Positions 27,615 through 35,339 of a DNA stretch of 64,000 bases are shown in pieces. The position numbers and the translations under genes were made by a program. Within the stretch, counting starts at the first letter, position 1, and every line of letters starts with the position of its first letter. The DNA comes from Ruminiclostridium sp. (GTDB lineage: Bacteria > Bacillota > Clostridia > Oscillospirales > Ruminococcaceae), in assembly GCA_017635095.1 (NCBI GenBank), contig JAGBMA010000092.1, positions 30,994 through 94,993 of the forward strand. Direction: 5' to 3'. The notes below the pieces were generated by a model, which worked only from the letters and a program-made list of their open reading frames with translations, had not been told where the DNA came from and made no database searches.

Positions 27615-29705
27615 TTAAACGCTCCGGGTCTCAAGATTCGGCGCCTGTCTGTACGCGCGGTCATAAAGGATATCCTGCGCGGAAACGGGAATATCCTTTC
27701 CGGGGAAACGGCGCACATAGCTGCCGTCGGGCTGCATATCGCGAGCCTGGACATTATCCGCGCGCAGCAGTTCAAATATGCCTTCGAGCTGCATTTTTAG
27801 TTCGTCCGAATACACCGGAAGTGCCACCTCAACACGGCGCAAAGTGTTTCTTGTCATCCAGTCGGCGCTGGAGATGTAATACTCGGCATCGTTCCCGTCA
27901 CCGAATATATATATGCGGGAGTGTTCAAGATAGCGTCCGACGATGCTCAGAACCTGTATGTTGTCTGAAAAGCCTTCGACACCGGCACGAAGACAGCATA
28001 TCCCGCGTACCACCATTTCAGTCTTTACGCCCGCCCTGCTCGCTTCGATAAGCTTATCCATGAGCACCTTGTCGGTAAGACTGTTCATCTTCAGACGTAT
28101 GTGACCTTTTCCGCCGTTTTTCGCTTTTGCTATCTCACGGTCGATGAGATCAATGAGCTTGTTCTGAAGACAGTGAGGTGCTACCATAAGCCGCTGAACA
28201 TGATCCACAGTCTCCCCGAGGGTTAGTGCCTGGAACACCGCGGACGCTTCGTGTCCGATGCTCGGATCTGCCGTCATAACGGAAAGATCGGTATAAAGCC
28301 GGCTTGTTTTTTCGTTGTAGTTTCCCGTTCCGACCTGGGTGATGAATTTAAGCTCATCGTTCTTTTTGCGCAGTATAAGACACAGCTTACTGTGGACTTT
28401 CAGCCCGTCAAGGCCGTAGATGACGTGGCAGCCTGCACGTTCGAGACGGCGGCTCCACTCGATGTTGTTCTCCTCATCGAAACGGGCTTTGAGCTCAACA
28501 AGAACATCTACCTGCTTGCCGTTTTCGGCGGCTTCAACAAGGCTCTCAACGACTTTGCTGTCCCGGGCGAGCCTGTAAAGCGTCATCTTTATGGAGATAA
28601 CGCTCGGATCGTGTGCAGCCTCGCTCAGCATGAGAAGGAACGGTCTGATGCTCTGATAGGGATAATGCAGCATCTTGTCGCCCTCTTCGATCTGGTCGAG
28701 TATCGAGCGGTTCTCATCAAAGTCCGGCGACTTTTTCGGGTGACGGGGTGCATAGAAAAGCTCCGAGCGGCTCCTGAGCTGGTCACATATACCTGAGAAG
28801 AATGACACATCGAGCGGGGTGTCATACATAAAGACCATGCTGCTGTCAAGCCTGATCTGGTCGCAGAGCTTCTTCACCGTGTCGTGTTCTATATCGCCGT
28901 TGACTTCGATGCGGACGGGACAGAGCTTTTTGCGGAGCTTCACGACTTCCGCCATATGATCGCGGTAGTTGAGATCTTCGTCATAGATGCTGTCCGCATC
29001 TATATCGGCGTTCCTTGTTATACGGGCAAGAGCCGAAAATTTAAGTTTGTAGCCGCTGAAAATAAGGGGAAGATAATGCAGTATAAGCTCCTCCGCGAGC
29101 AGGAAGCAGCCCTTGCGCTCGGGAATGGGGATAAGGCGCGGGAAAGCCGAGCTGCTGCAGGGTACGATGCCTATCTTGGTCTTTTCCTTTTCCTTGTCGT
29201 TCTTGCCGTTTTTGGGGTTAAGCGTCGCAATAGCGTAGATCTCCTTGTTCTGCAGAAACGGGAAAGACTGCTTCTTCCCCACAACGAAGGTAGAAAGGAG
29301 CGGCATATACTCATTCTTGAAAAGGGTGCGCAGGTACTTCTCGGATTTCTCGCTTATGTTCGAGAAGTCGATAAGGGTTATGCCCTGATCTTCAAGTTTC
29401 GCGATAAGCGAACGGTATGTCTCGTCCCGGCGGCGGCAGAGTGCGCGCACACGCTCTACCGCAGCGCTTATCTGCTCGGCGGGCGTCATCTTGGTCTTAT
29501 TGTCACGGCTCTCGCTGTCAAGAAGCATCTGGTCGTGAAGGCTTCCTATGCGCACCATAAAAAATTCATCAAGATTACTCTGGAATATCGAAAGGAAGGT
29601 GAGCCTTTCACAAAGCGGCACACGTTCGTCCTCAGCTTCCTCAAGGACTCTCTCATTGAATCTGAGCCACGAGAGCTCTCTGTTTTCAAAGCATAGATTT
29701 TCCAT
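27615..29705 (-). CDS. ppk1: polyphosphate kinase 1
   Basis: NRELSWLRFNERVLEEA, the 696-aa length, and the two PLD-like HKD-type C-terminal domains. Confidence 0.92.
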   Translation of the reverse strand: MENLCFENRELSWLRFNERVLEEAEDERVPLCERLTFLSIFQSNLDEFFMVRIGSLHDQMLLDSESRDNKTKMTPAEQISAAVERVRALCRRRDETYRSLIAKLEDQGITLIDFSNISEKSEKYLRTLFKNEYMPLLSTFVVGKKQSFPFLQNKEIYAIATLNPKNGKNDKEKEKTKIGIVPCSSSAFPRLIPIPERKGCFLLAEELILHYLPLIFSGYKLKFSALARITRNADIDADSIYDEDLNYRDHMAEVVKLRKKLCPVRIEVNGDIEHDTVKKLCDQIRLDSSMVFMYDTPLDVSFFSGICDQLRSRSELFYAPRHPKKSPDFDENRSILDQIEEGDKMLHYPYQSIRPFLLMLSEAAHDPSVISIKMTLYRLARDSKVVESLVEAAENGKQVDVLVELKARFDEENNIEWSRRLERAGCHVIYGLDGLKVHSKLCLILRKKNDELKFITQVGTGNYNEKTSRLYTDLSVMTADPSIGHEASAVFQALTLGETVDHVQRLMVAPHCLQNKLIDLIDREIAKAKNGGKGHIRLKMNSLTDKVLMDKLIEASRAGVKTEMVVRGICCLRAGVEGFSDNIQVLSIVGRYLEHSRIYIFGDGNDAEYYISSADWMTRNTLRRVEVALPVYSDELKMQLEGIFELLRADNVQARDMQPDGSYVRRFPGKDIPVSAQDILYDRAYRQAPNLETRSV

Positions 29706-29829
29706 TGCAGAACCTCACAATTTGTATTATTTAATATAATTTTATATCGTATGATCCGATTTGTCAAGATGAAACTCAAAATTATTTTGTATATACTGCA
29801 CAAAAAAAATTGACAAGTATTGCCCGGTA

Positions 29830-29858
29830 TTGACTTTTAATGGAATTTATAGTATAAT
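29830..29858 (+). promoter_or_regulatory. sigma-A-type promoter (TTGACT-17-TATAAT)
   Basis: Read directly from the sequence. It lies 45 nt upstream of the EAL gene start. Confidence 0.5.
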
Positions 29859-29902
29859 GACATTCGTGTTCGATTATCAATGAGAAAGTAAGGTGATGGA
29901 TT

Positions 29903-31873
29903 TTGCAGCCAGTGTGGATGCCGGCGTTTGACTTCTGCGCTTTTGTTGTCCTCTCTTTCATACTCGTTGCGTGCTTTTTCAGACGCATGACCCACGGCAA
30001 AGCCAACCGATATTTCATGTACATCACCTGTACCTGTATAGTGTCCAGCGTTTTTGATATATTCTCGATCTATCTTGACCTCAACACGGATCCGTCTATG
30101 GTGCCGGTACGATTTGCAATGCACGGTCTTTATCTTTTCTCACACGTTCTGACTGCACCGTTGTTCCTCGTATATGTTGTGGCGCTCACCGATACTTTTC
30201 ACCTTTTCGGAAAAGACCGTATCGAGCTGTATTTTCTGGGTATGCCCACGGTCGTGATAGCGCTTGCATTCGTTGCGAACTGCTTCAACGGCATGATATA
30301 CTCGATAAAAGACGGCGTTTACACCCGCGGACCGGTAATGGGGATACTATATCTTATCGCCGGAATATTCAGTGCCGCCTGCGTTGCCTACCTTATCTGC
30401 TACAGGAAGCTTTTCAGCAGAACGAAGCTCATCTCCCTCATCAGCACTTTCCCGCTTTTCGTAGCCGCGGTCTTTCTCCAGTTCATCGACCGTTCGCTTC
30501 GCGTGGAGATGTTCGCGATAGCTGTCGGGCTGCTCTTCATAGCAATGTTTATCCAGCGCCCGGAAGCTCTCATAGATTACAACACGGGTATCTACAAGTT
30601 CAATGCCTATGCCAACGACATGAGAATGAACTTTATCAATAAAAAACCGGTGCAGATCATACTCATAAATATCGCCAATTTTCTGCAGATACAGGAGATA
30701 CTCAGCTACGAATCCGCCAACGATATGCTGAAGCTCGTCGCAGAGCGCATCGACTCGATATTAAGACAGTCCAGGACATATGCGGACATCTACTATCTCG
30801 ACAAAGGACGTTTCCGCATCGTACTCAGCGAAGAAGATCACGAAAAGACCGAATATACCGCGGAGACAATAAATGCCGCATTGAAACCGAAACTCCCGCT
30901 CAACGGTATGGAGCTCAATCTTATAGCCTTTGTGTGCGTTGCCAAATGCCCCGAGGAAATATCCGATTTCAACACTCTTGTCGAGTTCGGAAAGGATCTT
31001 TCGTCAAAGTTTCGGTTCAGCGGCAAAGTGCTCCACGCCGGAGAGCTTCTCGACAGAAGCAGGTACGACCTTATGGGCGAGCTTGACAAGATCATATCCG
31101 ACGCGGTGCTCAACAATAAATTCGAGGTGTTCTATCAGCCGATATACAATGTGAACGAGGGCAGGTTCCGTTCTGCGGAAGCTCTTATCCGCCTGTATAA
31201 TGAGAAGTACGGCTTTATCTCCCCCGAACTCTTCATTCCCGTCACCGAAAAGACCGGTGCAATACACAAGATCGGGATGTTTGTGTTCGATGAGGTCTGC
31301 AAATTCATAGCAAGCGACGATTTCAAGCGGCTCGGCCTTGAATACATAGAAGTCAATCTCTCTATCGTGCAGTGTATGCAGGGTGGTCTCGCCGGCGACC
31401 TCATAAGAGTAATGAAGAAGTACGGCGTTTCCCCCGATCAGATCAACCTTGAGATCACCGAATCCGCCGACTCACAGACCCAGAATATAATCGCAGAGAA
31501 CCTTACTTCTCTCCTCAACGCCGGTCTGACATTCTCGCTTGACGATTTCGGCACAGGGTATTCAAATATGCAGAGAATGGCTTCCCTGCCGCTGAAAATA
31601 GTTAAACTCGATAAGACTTTCGCTAATTTCGACTCGAATCCGAAGCTTATGATCGTGCTGCAGAATACCGTCAAGATGATAAAGGATATGGACATGGAGA
31701 TCGTAGTCGAAGGCGTTGAAACAAAGGAACTTGTGGAAAGATTCACAAATCTCGAATGCGAGTACATTCAGGGTTACTTCTACTCACGCCCGATACCGAG
31801 AGATCAGTTCGTTGAGTTTATCGGCAAATCCCTCGTTAATGTCCCAAAAGATGATTATTATATAACGGCATGA
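29903..31873 (+). CDS. membrane-anchored c-di-GMP phosphodiesterase (multi-TM sensor, degenerate GGDEF domain, EAL domain)
   Basis: EALIRL, EITES, DDFGTGYS, KLDK, EGVET and QGYFYSRP are the EAL catalytic motifs. The GGDEF position reads DKGRF, which is degenerate. The TTG start is uncertain. Confidence 0.8.
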   Translation: MQPVWMPAFDFCAFVVLSFILVACFFRRMTHGKANRYFMYITCTCIVSSVFDIFSIYLDLNTDPSMVPVRFAMHGLYLFSHVLTAPLFLVYVVALTDTFHLFGKDRIELYFLGMPTVVIALAFVANCFNGMIYSIKDGVYTRGPVMGILYLIAGIFSAACVAYLICYRKLFSRTKLISLISTFPLFVAAVFLQFIDRSLRVEMFAIAVGLLFIAMFIQRPEALIDYNTGIYKFNAYANDMRMNFINKKPVQIILINIANFLQIQEILSYESANDMLKLVAERIDSILRQSRTYADIYYLDKGRFRIVLSEEDHEKTEYTAETINAALKPKLPLNGMELNLIAFVCVAKCPEEISDFNTLVEFGKDLSSKFRFSGKVLHAGELLDRSRYDLMGELDKIISDAVLNNKFEVFYQPIYNVNEGRFRSAEALIRLYNEKYGFISPELFIPVTEKTGAIHKIGMFVFDEVCKFIASDDFKRLGLEYIEVNLSIVQCMQGGLAGDLIRVMKKYGVSPDQINLEITESADSQTQNIIAENLTSLLNAGLTFSLDDFGTGYSNMQRMASLPLKIVKLDKTFANFDSNPKLMIVLQNTVKMIKDMDMEIVVEGVETKELVERFTNLECEYIQGYFYSRPIPRDQFVEFIGKSLVNVPKDDYYITA

Positions 31874-32200
31874 CAGCGTATCATAAAGGTACGCTGTCTT
31901 TTGTCAATATCACCTAATCCCGTTGCATTTTATTGTGTAAAGTGCCAAAAATCTGATGTTCCCCTTGAAAAAAATACTATAATATGTTATATTTACTGTA
32001 GGTTATTGTAATTAATAACCGTGATTTGTGTTTTGAAAAAGGCAACATCTGACCACCTGCCGCTGCTTCGGAGGAACAGAAAGGCGGATCGTGCAGTCAG
32101 CGGGAACCGATCACTCCTGCCCTGTACATTATATCTCACCCGTATGCTCCGATGAGCCGCGACAGGCTCGGAGGCTGCCGAAATCAAAGGGGGGATATGA

Positions 32201-32941
32201 ATGACTTTAGGTGCATTAAAACTTAACAACAGCATTTCAAACTACAGAAATGCAGCCAATTCATATCTCAAAATGTCGGAAGACGCACAAAAACTCGGTC
32301 TCAAGGAAGAACAGACCATAAAGAAAAATGAAAGCCGTTATGATCTTGACGGAACACTCAAGGAAGAGCATTTGCCCATCGGTTCTTTGGAAAAAGCAAA
32401 GAAAAAAGAGGAAGAAGCCGAAAAGCTCGGTCTTGAAACCAAAAAGGACGATAAGACTGAAGAGGCTGAAAAGGCTGAGAAAACCGATAAAACCGAAGGA
32501 AATATTCTCGATAAAGACGTTCGCGGCAAGGAAAAAGACGATGAAAAAGGTCTTTTTGGCAAGAAAAAGGACGGCTTTGAAAAGGATCCTCCGAATTGTG
32601 AGTGCGAGACTTGCCGTAAAAGGCGGTACCAGGATGATTCGGACGATTCCGCGGTCTCGTTCCAGATGCCGACCAATATGTCACCTGCTGCTGCAAAAAG
32701 CAGAGTCAGGATGCATGAGCTCGAACACGTTCGCAGAGAGGGCATCAAGGCAAGACAGGAAGGTAAACACATCGTTTCCCAGACTGTGCAGATCAAAACC
32801 GACACCTGCAATGAATGCGGACGCATTTATGTCTCGGGCGGTCTGACAAGGACCGTTACGCGCATCGACATGAGAGATTTCCACAGAATGTTTATGCTCG
32901 GATTCGACGGTACCGATGAATACGGGAAAAACATAAGCTGA
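32201..32941 (+). CDS. SprA-related / putative metalloprotease CJM1_0395-like protein with a Lys/Glu-rich N-terminal half
   Basis: CECETCRKRRYQDDSDDSAVSFQMP...RVRMHELEHVRRE...CNECGRIYVSGG resembles my recollection of the SprA-related family (VRxHExxH...Y..GG). GGGGGG RBS. Confidence 0.5.
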   Translation: MTLGALKLNNSISNYRNAANSYLKMSEDAQKLGLKEEQTIKKNESRYDLDGTLKEEHLPIGSLEKAKKKEEEAEKLGLETKKDDKTEEAEKAEKTDKTEGNILDKDVRGKEKDDEKGLFGKKKDGFEKDPPNCECETCRKRRYQDDSDDSAVSFQMPTNMSPAAAKSRVRMHELEHVRREGIKARQEGKHIVSQTVQIKTDTCNECGRIYVSGGLTRTVTRIDMRDFHRMFMLGFDGTDEYGKNIS

Positions 32942-32954
32942 AGAGGAAGATTAT

Positions 32955-32990
32955 AACGGCGGTATCTCATATATCCGCCGTTTTCTCTTT
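32955..32990 (+). terminator. rho-independent terminator
   Basis: AACGGCGG-12 nt-CCGCCGTT followed by TTCTCTTT. Confidence 0.6.
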
Positions 32991-33004
32991 ATACAGGAGT
33001 TGTT

Positions 33005-33265
33005 ATGAAATTATTCAGTCGTAAGCACAAAATCACCGGCAAACTCTATGGACCGCCGGAAATGATAGAAGAGAGACAGAACAAAAGTCTCTTCTCCTCT
33101 AAAAATAATTCCGCCGAGTGTATATACGGTCCTCCGGAAATGCTCAGAGCCCGCATGAGGAAAAAGGAAGAATTCGAGCCTGACGATAACGTCGGTGAGG
33201 ACGTTTACGGTCCGCCGGAGATGTTTGGTATTGCCGAACCGGACGACGAGGAGAATGAAAGGTGA
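33005..33265 (+). CDS. YGPPEM-repeat small protein 1 (86 aa, no signal peptide)
   Basis: CAGGAG RBS. Three YGPPEM motifs start at codons 15, 41 and 68. The C-terminus is acidic. Confidence 0.6.
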   Translation: MKLFSRKHKITGKLYGPPEMIEERQNKSLFSSKNNSAECIYGPPEMLRARMRKKEEFEPDDNVGEDVYGPPEMFGIAEPDDEENER

Positions 33266-33468
33266 AAAAGCATTTATTCAGGTTTTCATTCCGTGCGCCT
33301 TGGAACAACAGTTCAAATATCGCAAGCGGCATCTATGGTCCGCCGGAGATGCTGAACAGAGCCGGTAAGGTAAAGAAAGAAGATACTATCGGCTCCGGTG
33401 ATGACATTTACGACAAACAGGAAATATCCGGTAAAGCCGGACCTGATGACAAGGAGGAAGCACAGTGA
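33262..33468 (+). CDS. YGPPEM-repeat small protein 2 (68 aa)
   Basis: The GTG start overlaps the upstream stop (GTGA), with GAGGAG upstream. There is one YGPPEM motif. Confidence 0.5.
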   Translation: MKKHLFRFSFRAPWNNSSNIASGIYGPPEMLNRAGKVKKEDTIGSGDDIYDKQEISGKAGPDDKEEAQ

Positions 33469-33986
33469 AGAAACGCAAGATCACGGGCGCGGCTGCCGCT
33501 CTTTCGGCTGCAGTTTCCCTGGGTGCCTGCGGTATCTACGGACCTGCTCCGGCGGATTTAACAACAACGACAACAATCGGAACTACGCCAACTGTTACTT
33601 CGACTGAAGCAACTGCATCAGACACCTTCAGACCCGAAGATATGTTTACTCAGACAGAATACGGTCCTCCGGAGTGGCTTGAGACAGATGAAACGAGCAA
33701 TGACGAACCCACCGTATTCACCGCGGAAGATAATGACGCAGAATGTGTATATGGTCCTCCCGAGTGGTTTGAAACAGAAGATACGGCGGAAAACATAGAG
33801 CCTTCCCCTGCACCATATGAGACAACCAACAGCGGTGACGATGACGTTATCGAAAAACAGGAAAAAACCGGCTCGATATTCGGACATATTCTCGACATTT
33901 TATCCCCGGACATGGAGACCGTCGATTATTCTCCCGAAGAAAACATAGGGGAAGATGTTTACGGACCGCCGGAATGGTTTGAATAA
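33465..33986 (+). CDS. YGPPEW-repeat lipoprotein (173 aa)
   Basis: The GTG start overlaps the upstream stop (GTGA), preceded by AAGGAGG. The lipoprotein signal is MKKRKITGAAAALSAAVSLGAC. There are one degenerate motif (GIYGPAP) and three exact YGPPEW motifs, and the last ends the protein (YGPPEWFE-stop). Confidence 0.65.
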   Translation: MKKRKITGAAAALSAAVSLGACGIYGPAPADLTTTTTIGTTPTVTSTEATASDTFRPEDMFTQTEYGPPEWLETDETSNDEPTVFTAEDNDAECVYGPPEWFETEDTAENIEPSPAPYETTNSGDDDVIEKQEKTGSIFGHILDILSPDMETVDYSPEENIGEDVYGPPEWFE

Positions 33987-34010
33987 TGCATTTTCGGAGG
34001 ATCTACCGAT

Positions 34011-35114
34011 ATGACAAACAGAGTACTGAAAACCAGGCACATGACCGAGCTTTCGGAATACAGGAAAAAGCTGCTTAAAGAACCGGTACTGCGGCATCTT
34101 TTCTTCGAGCTCACCATGAACTGCAACGAGCACTGCAAACACTGCGGGAGCAGCTGCGGAGACAGCAGCGTTCCCGATATTCTCACAACGGAAGAGTATT
34201 TTTCCATTCTCGACCAGATCCGAAGTGACTTCGGCACCACAGGCTTTATGCTATGTATCACCGGCGGTGAACCGCTTCTGCGCAGGGACTTCTTTGAGAT
34301 AATGGGTTATGCGGATAAGCTCGGGTTCAACTGGGGCATGACCACAAACGGTACGCTGATCGACCGGGAAACTGCACACAAACTCCGTGAAGCAGGCATG
34401 AAGACCGTGTCGATAAGCATTGACGGCACAGAACCTACGCACAATGAGTTCCGCAGGACGAAAGACGGTTATAAGCGCGCAATGACGGGACTGCAGAACC
34501 TCATCGACGAGAATGCGTTCAAGCACATTCAGGTGACTACAGTCATCACACACGAAAGCATAAGCGAGCTTGATGAGCTTTTCGATATTTTCGACAATAT
34601 TGACATTGATTCCTGGCGCGTGATCAACCTCGAACCTATCGGTCGTGCAAAACAATATCCCGAACTCCTCCTCACGCCCGACGACTACAGACGGCTTTTC
34701 TCGTTCATCAGGGAAAAACGCGAGGCGGGATATCCCCTTTGTTACGGCTGCAGCCACTACCTCGGCACCGATCTTGAAGCGGAGCTAAGGGACTGGTACT
34801 TTATCTGCAACGCCGGCATCTACACGGCGAGCATTATGGCAAACGGAGATATCGCTGCCTGTCTTGACATAGAACGCAGACCCGAGCTTATCCAGGGCAA
34901 TATCCGCCATGACCGCTTCAAAGACGTATGGCTCAATAAATTCGAGCCATTCCGCGACCCGAAGTTCAGGAGCTGCGATATGTGCGATAAGTGCAGCGAC
35001 CGTGATTTCTGCAACGGAGACTCGTTCCATACATGGAATTTTGATGAGAAACGACCGGAGATCTGCATAAAAAATCTTCTGGAACTAAGGGGAACCTCTA
35101 AAAACCCAATTTGA
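34011..35114 (+). CDS. radical SAM enzyme with a C-terminal SPASM/twitch-type Cys-rich domain
   Basis: CNEHCKHC is the CX3CX2C motif and GGEPLL is the SAM-binding motif. The C-terminal cysteines are CYGCSHY, CNAG, ACLD and CDMCDKCSDRDFCNGD. It starts 24 nt after the preceding ORF with a GGAGGA RBS. Confidence 0.85.
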   Translation: MTNRVLKTRHMTELSEYRKKLLKEPVLRHLFFELTMNCNEHCKHCGSSCGDSSVPDILTTEEYFSILDQIRSDFGTTGFMLCITGGEPLLRRDFFEIMGYADKLGFNWGMTTNGTLIDRETAHKLREAGMKTVSISIDGTEPTHNEFRRTKDGYKRAMTGLQNLIDENAFKHIQVTTVITHESISELDELFDIFDNIDIDSWRVINLEPIGRAKQYPELLLTPDDYRRLFSFIREKREAGYPLCYGCSHYLGTDLEAELRDWYFICNAGIYTASIMANGDIAACLDIERRPELIQGNIRHDRFKDVWLNKFEPFRDPKFRSCDMCDKCSDRDFCNGDSFHTWNFDEKRPEICIKNLLELRGTSKNPI

Positions 35115-35243
35115 GAGAAAAAGAGCTATCCACGCCGTCTACTGCGTCAAACCTCCTAACCGGGCGCCAGCCCGGCTTCGTCGGCTTTCCTTGTATCCGA
35201 CGCAGCTATCTCATTTTCTCTTTTCAAAGCGGTTTTTAGAGGT
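35094..35243. repeat. nested imperfect inverted repeat; about 150 nt of potentially highly structured RNA/DNA
   Basis: The outer arms 35094-35125 and 35210-35243 form about 28 bp, including a perfect 13-mer (ACCTCTAAAAACC/GGTTTTTAGAGGT). An inner pair is CTGCGTC (35143-49) with GACGCAG (35199-205). The central hairpin is CCGGGC-gcca-GCCCGG (35160-75). Confidence 0.8.
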
Positions 35244-35339
35244 ACCCAGTAATGAGAGCATTTTCATAGCGTTATCATTCATATTTCACATAGTACTGTT
35301 AAGATAATTATGATCTTACAGCTCAGGAGGTAAGCTTTT

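Noticed and set aside
28884-29696. 270-aa ORF on the plus strand, plus other plus-strand ORFs between 27461 and 29739
   Set aside because: They are antisense to ppk1, a 696-aa gene with a diagnostic N-terminus.
31993-32235. 80-aa minus-strand ORF in the leader upstream of the SprA-like gene; a c-di-GMP riboswitch was also considered here
   Set aside because: The ORF has no RBS and lies in a structured GC-rich leader. The GEMM-I/II conserved cores, as I recall them, are not present, so no riboswitch class is claimed.
32328-32884. Several alternative-frame ORFs (172, 162, 112 and 67 aa) inside the SprA-like gene
   Set aside because: They arise from the purine-rich GAA/AAG low-complexity tract. 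Only the 32201 frame has an RBS and conserved Cys/HExxH motifs.
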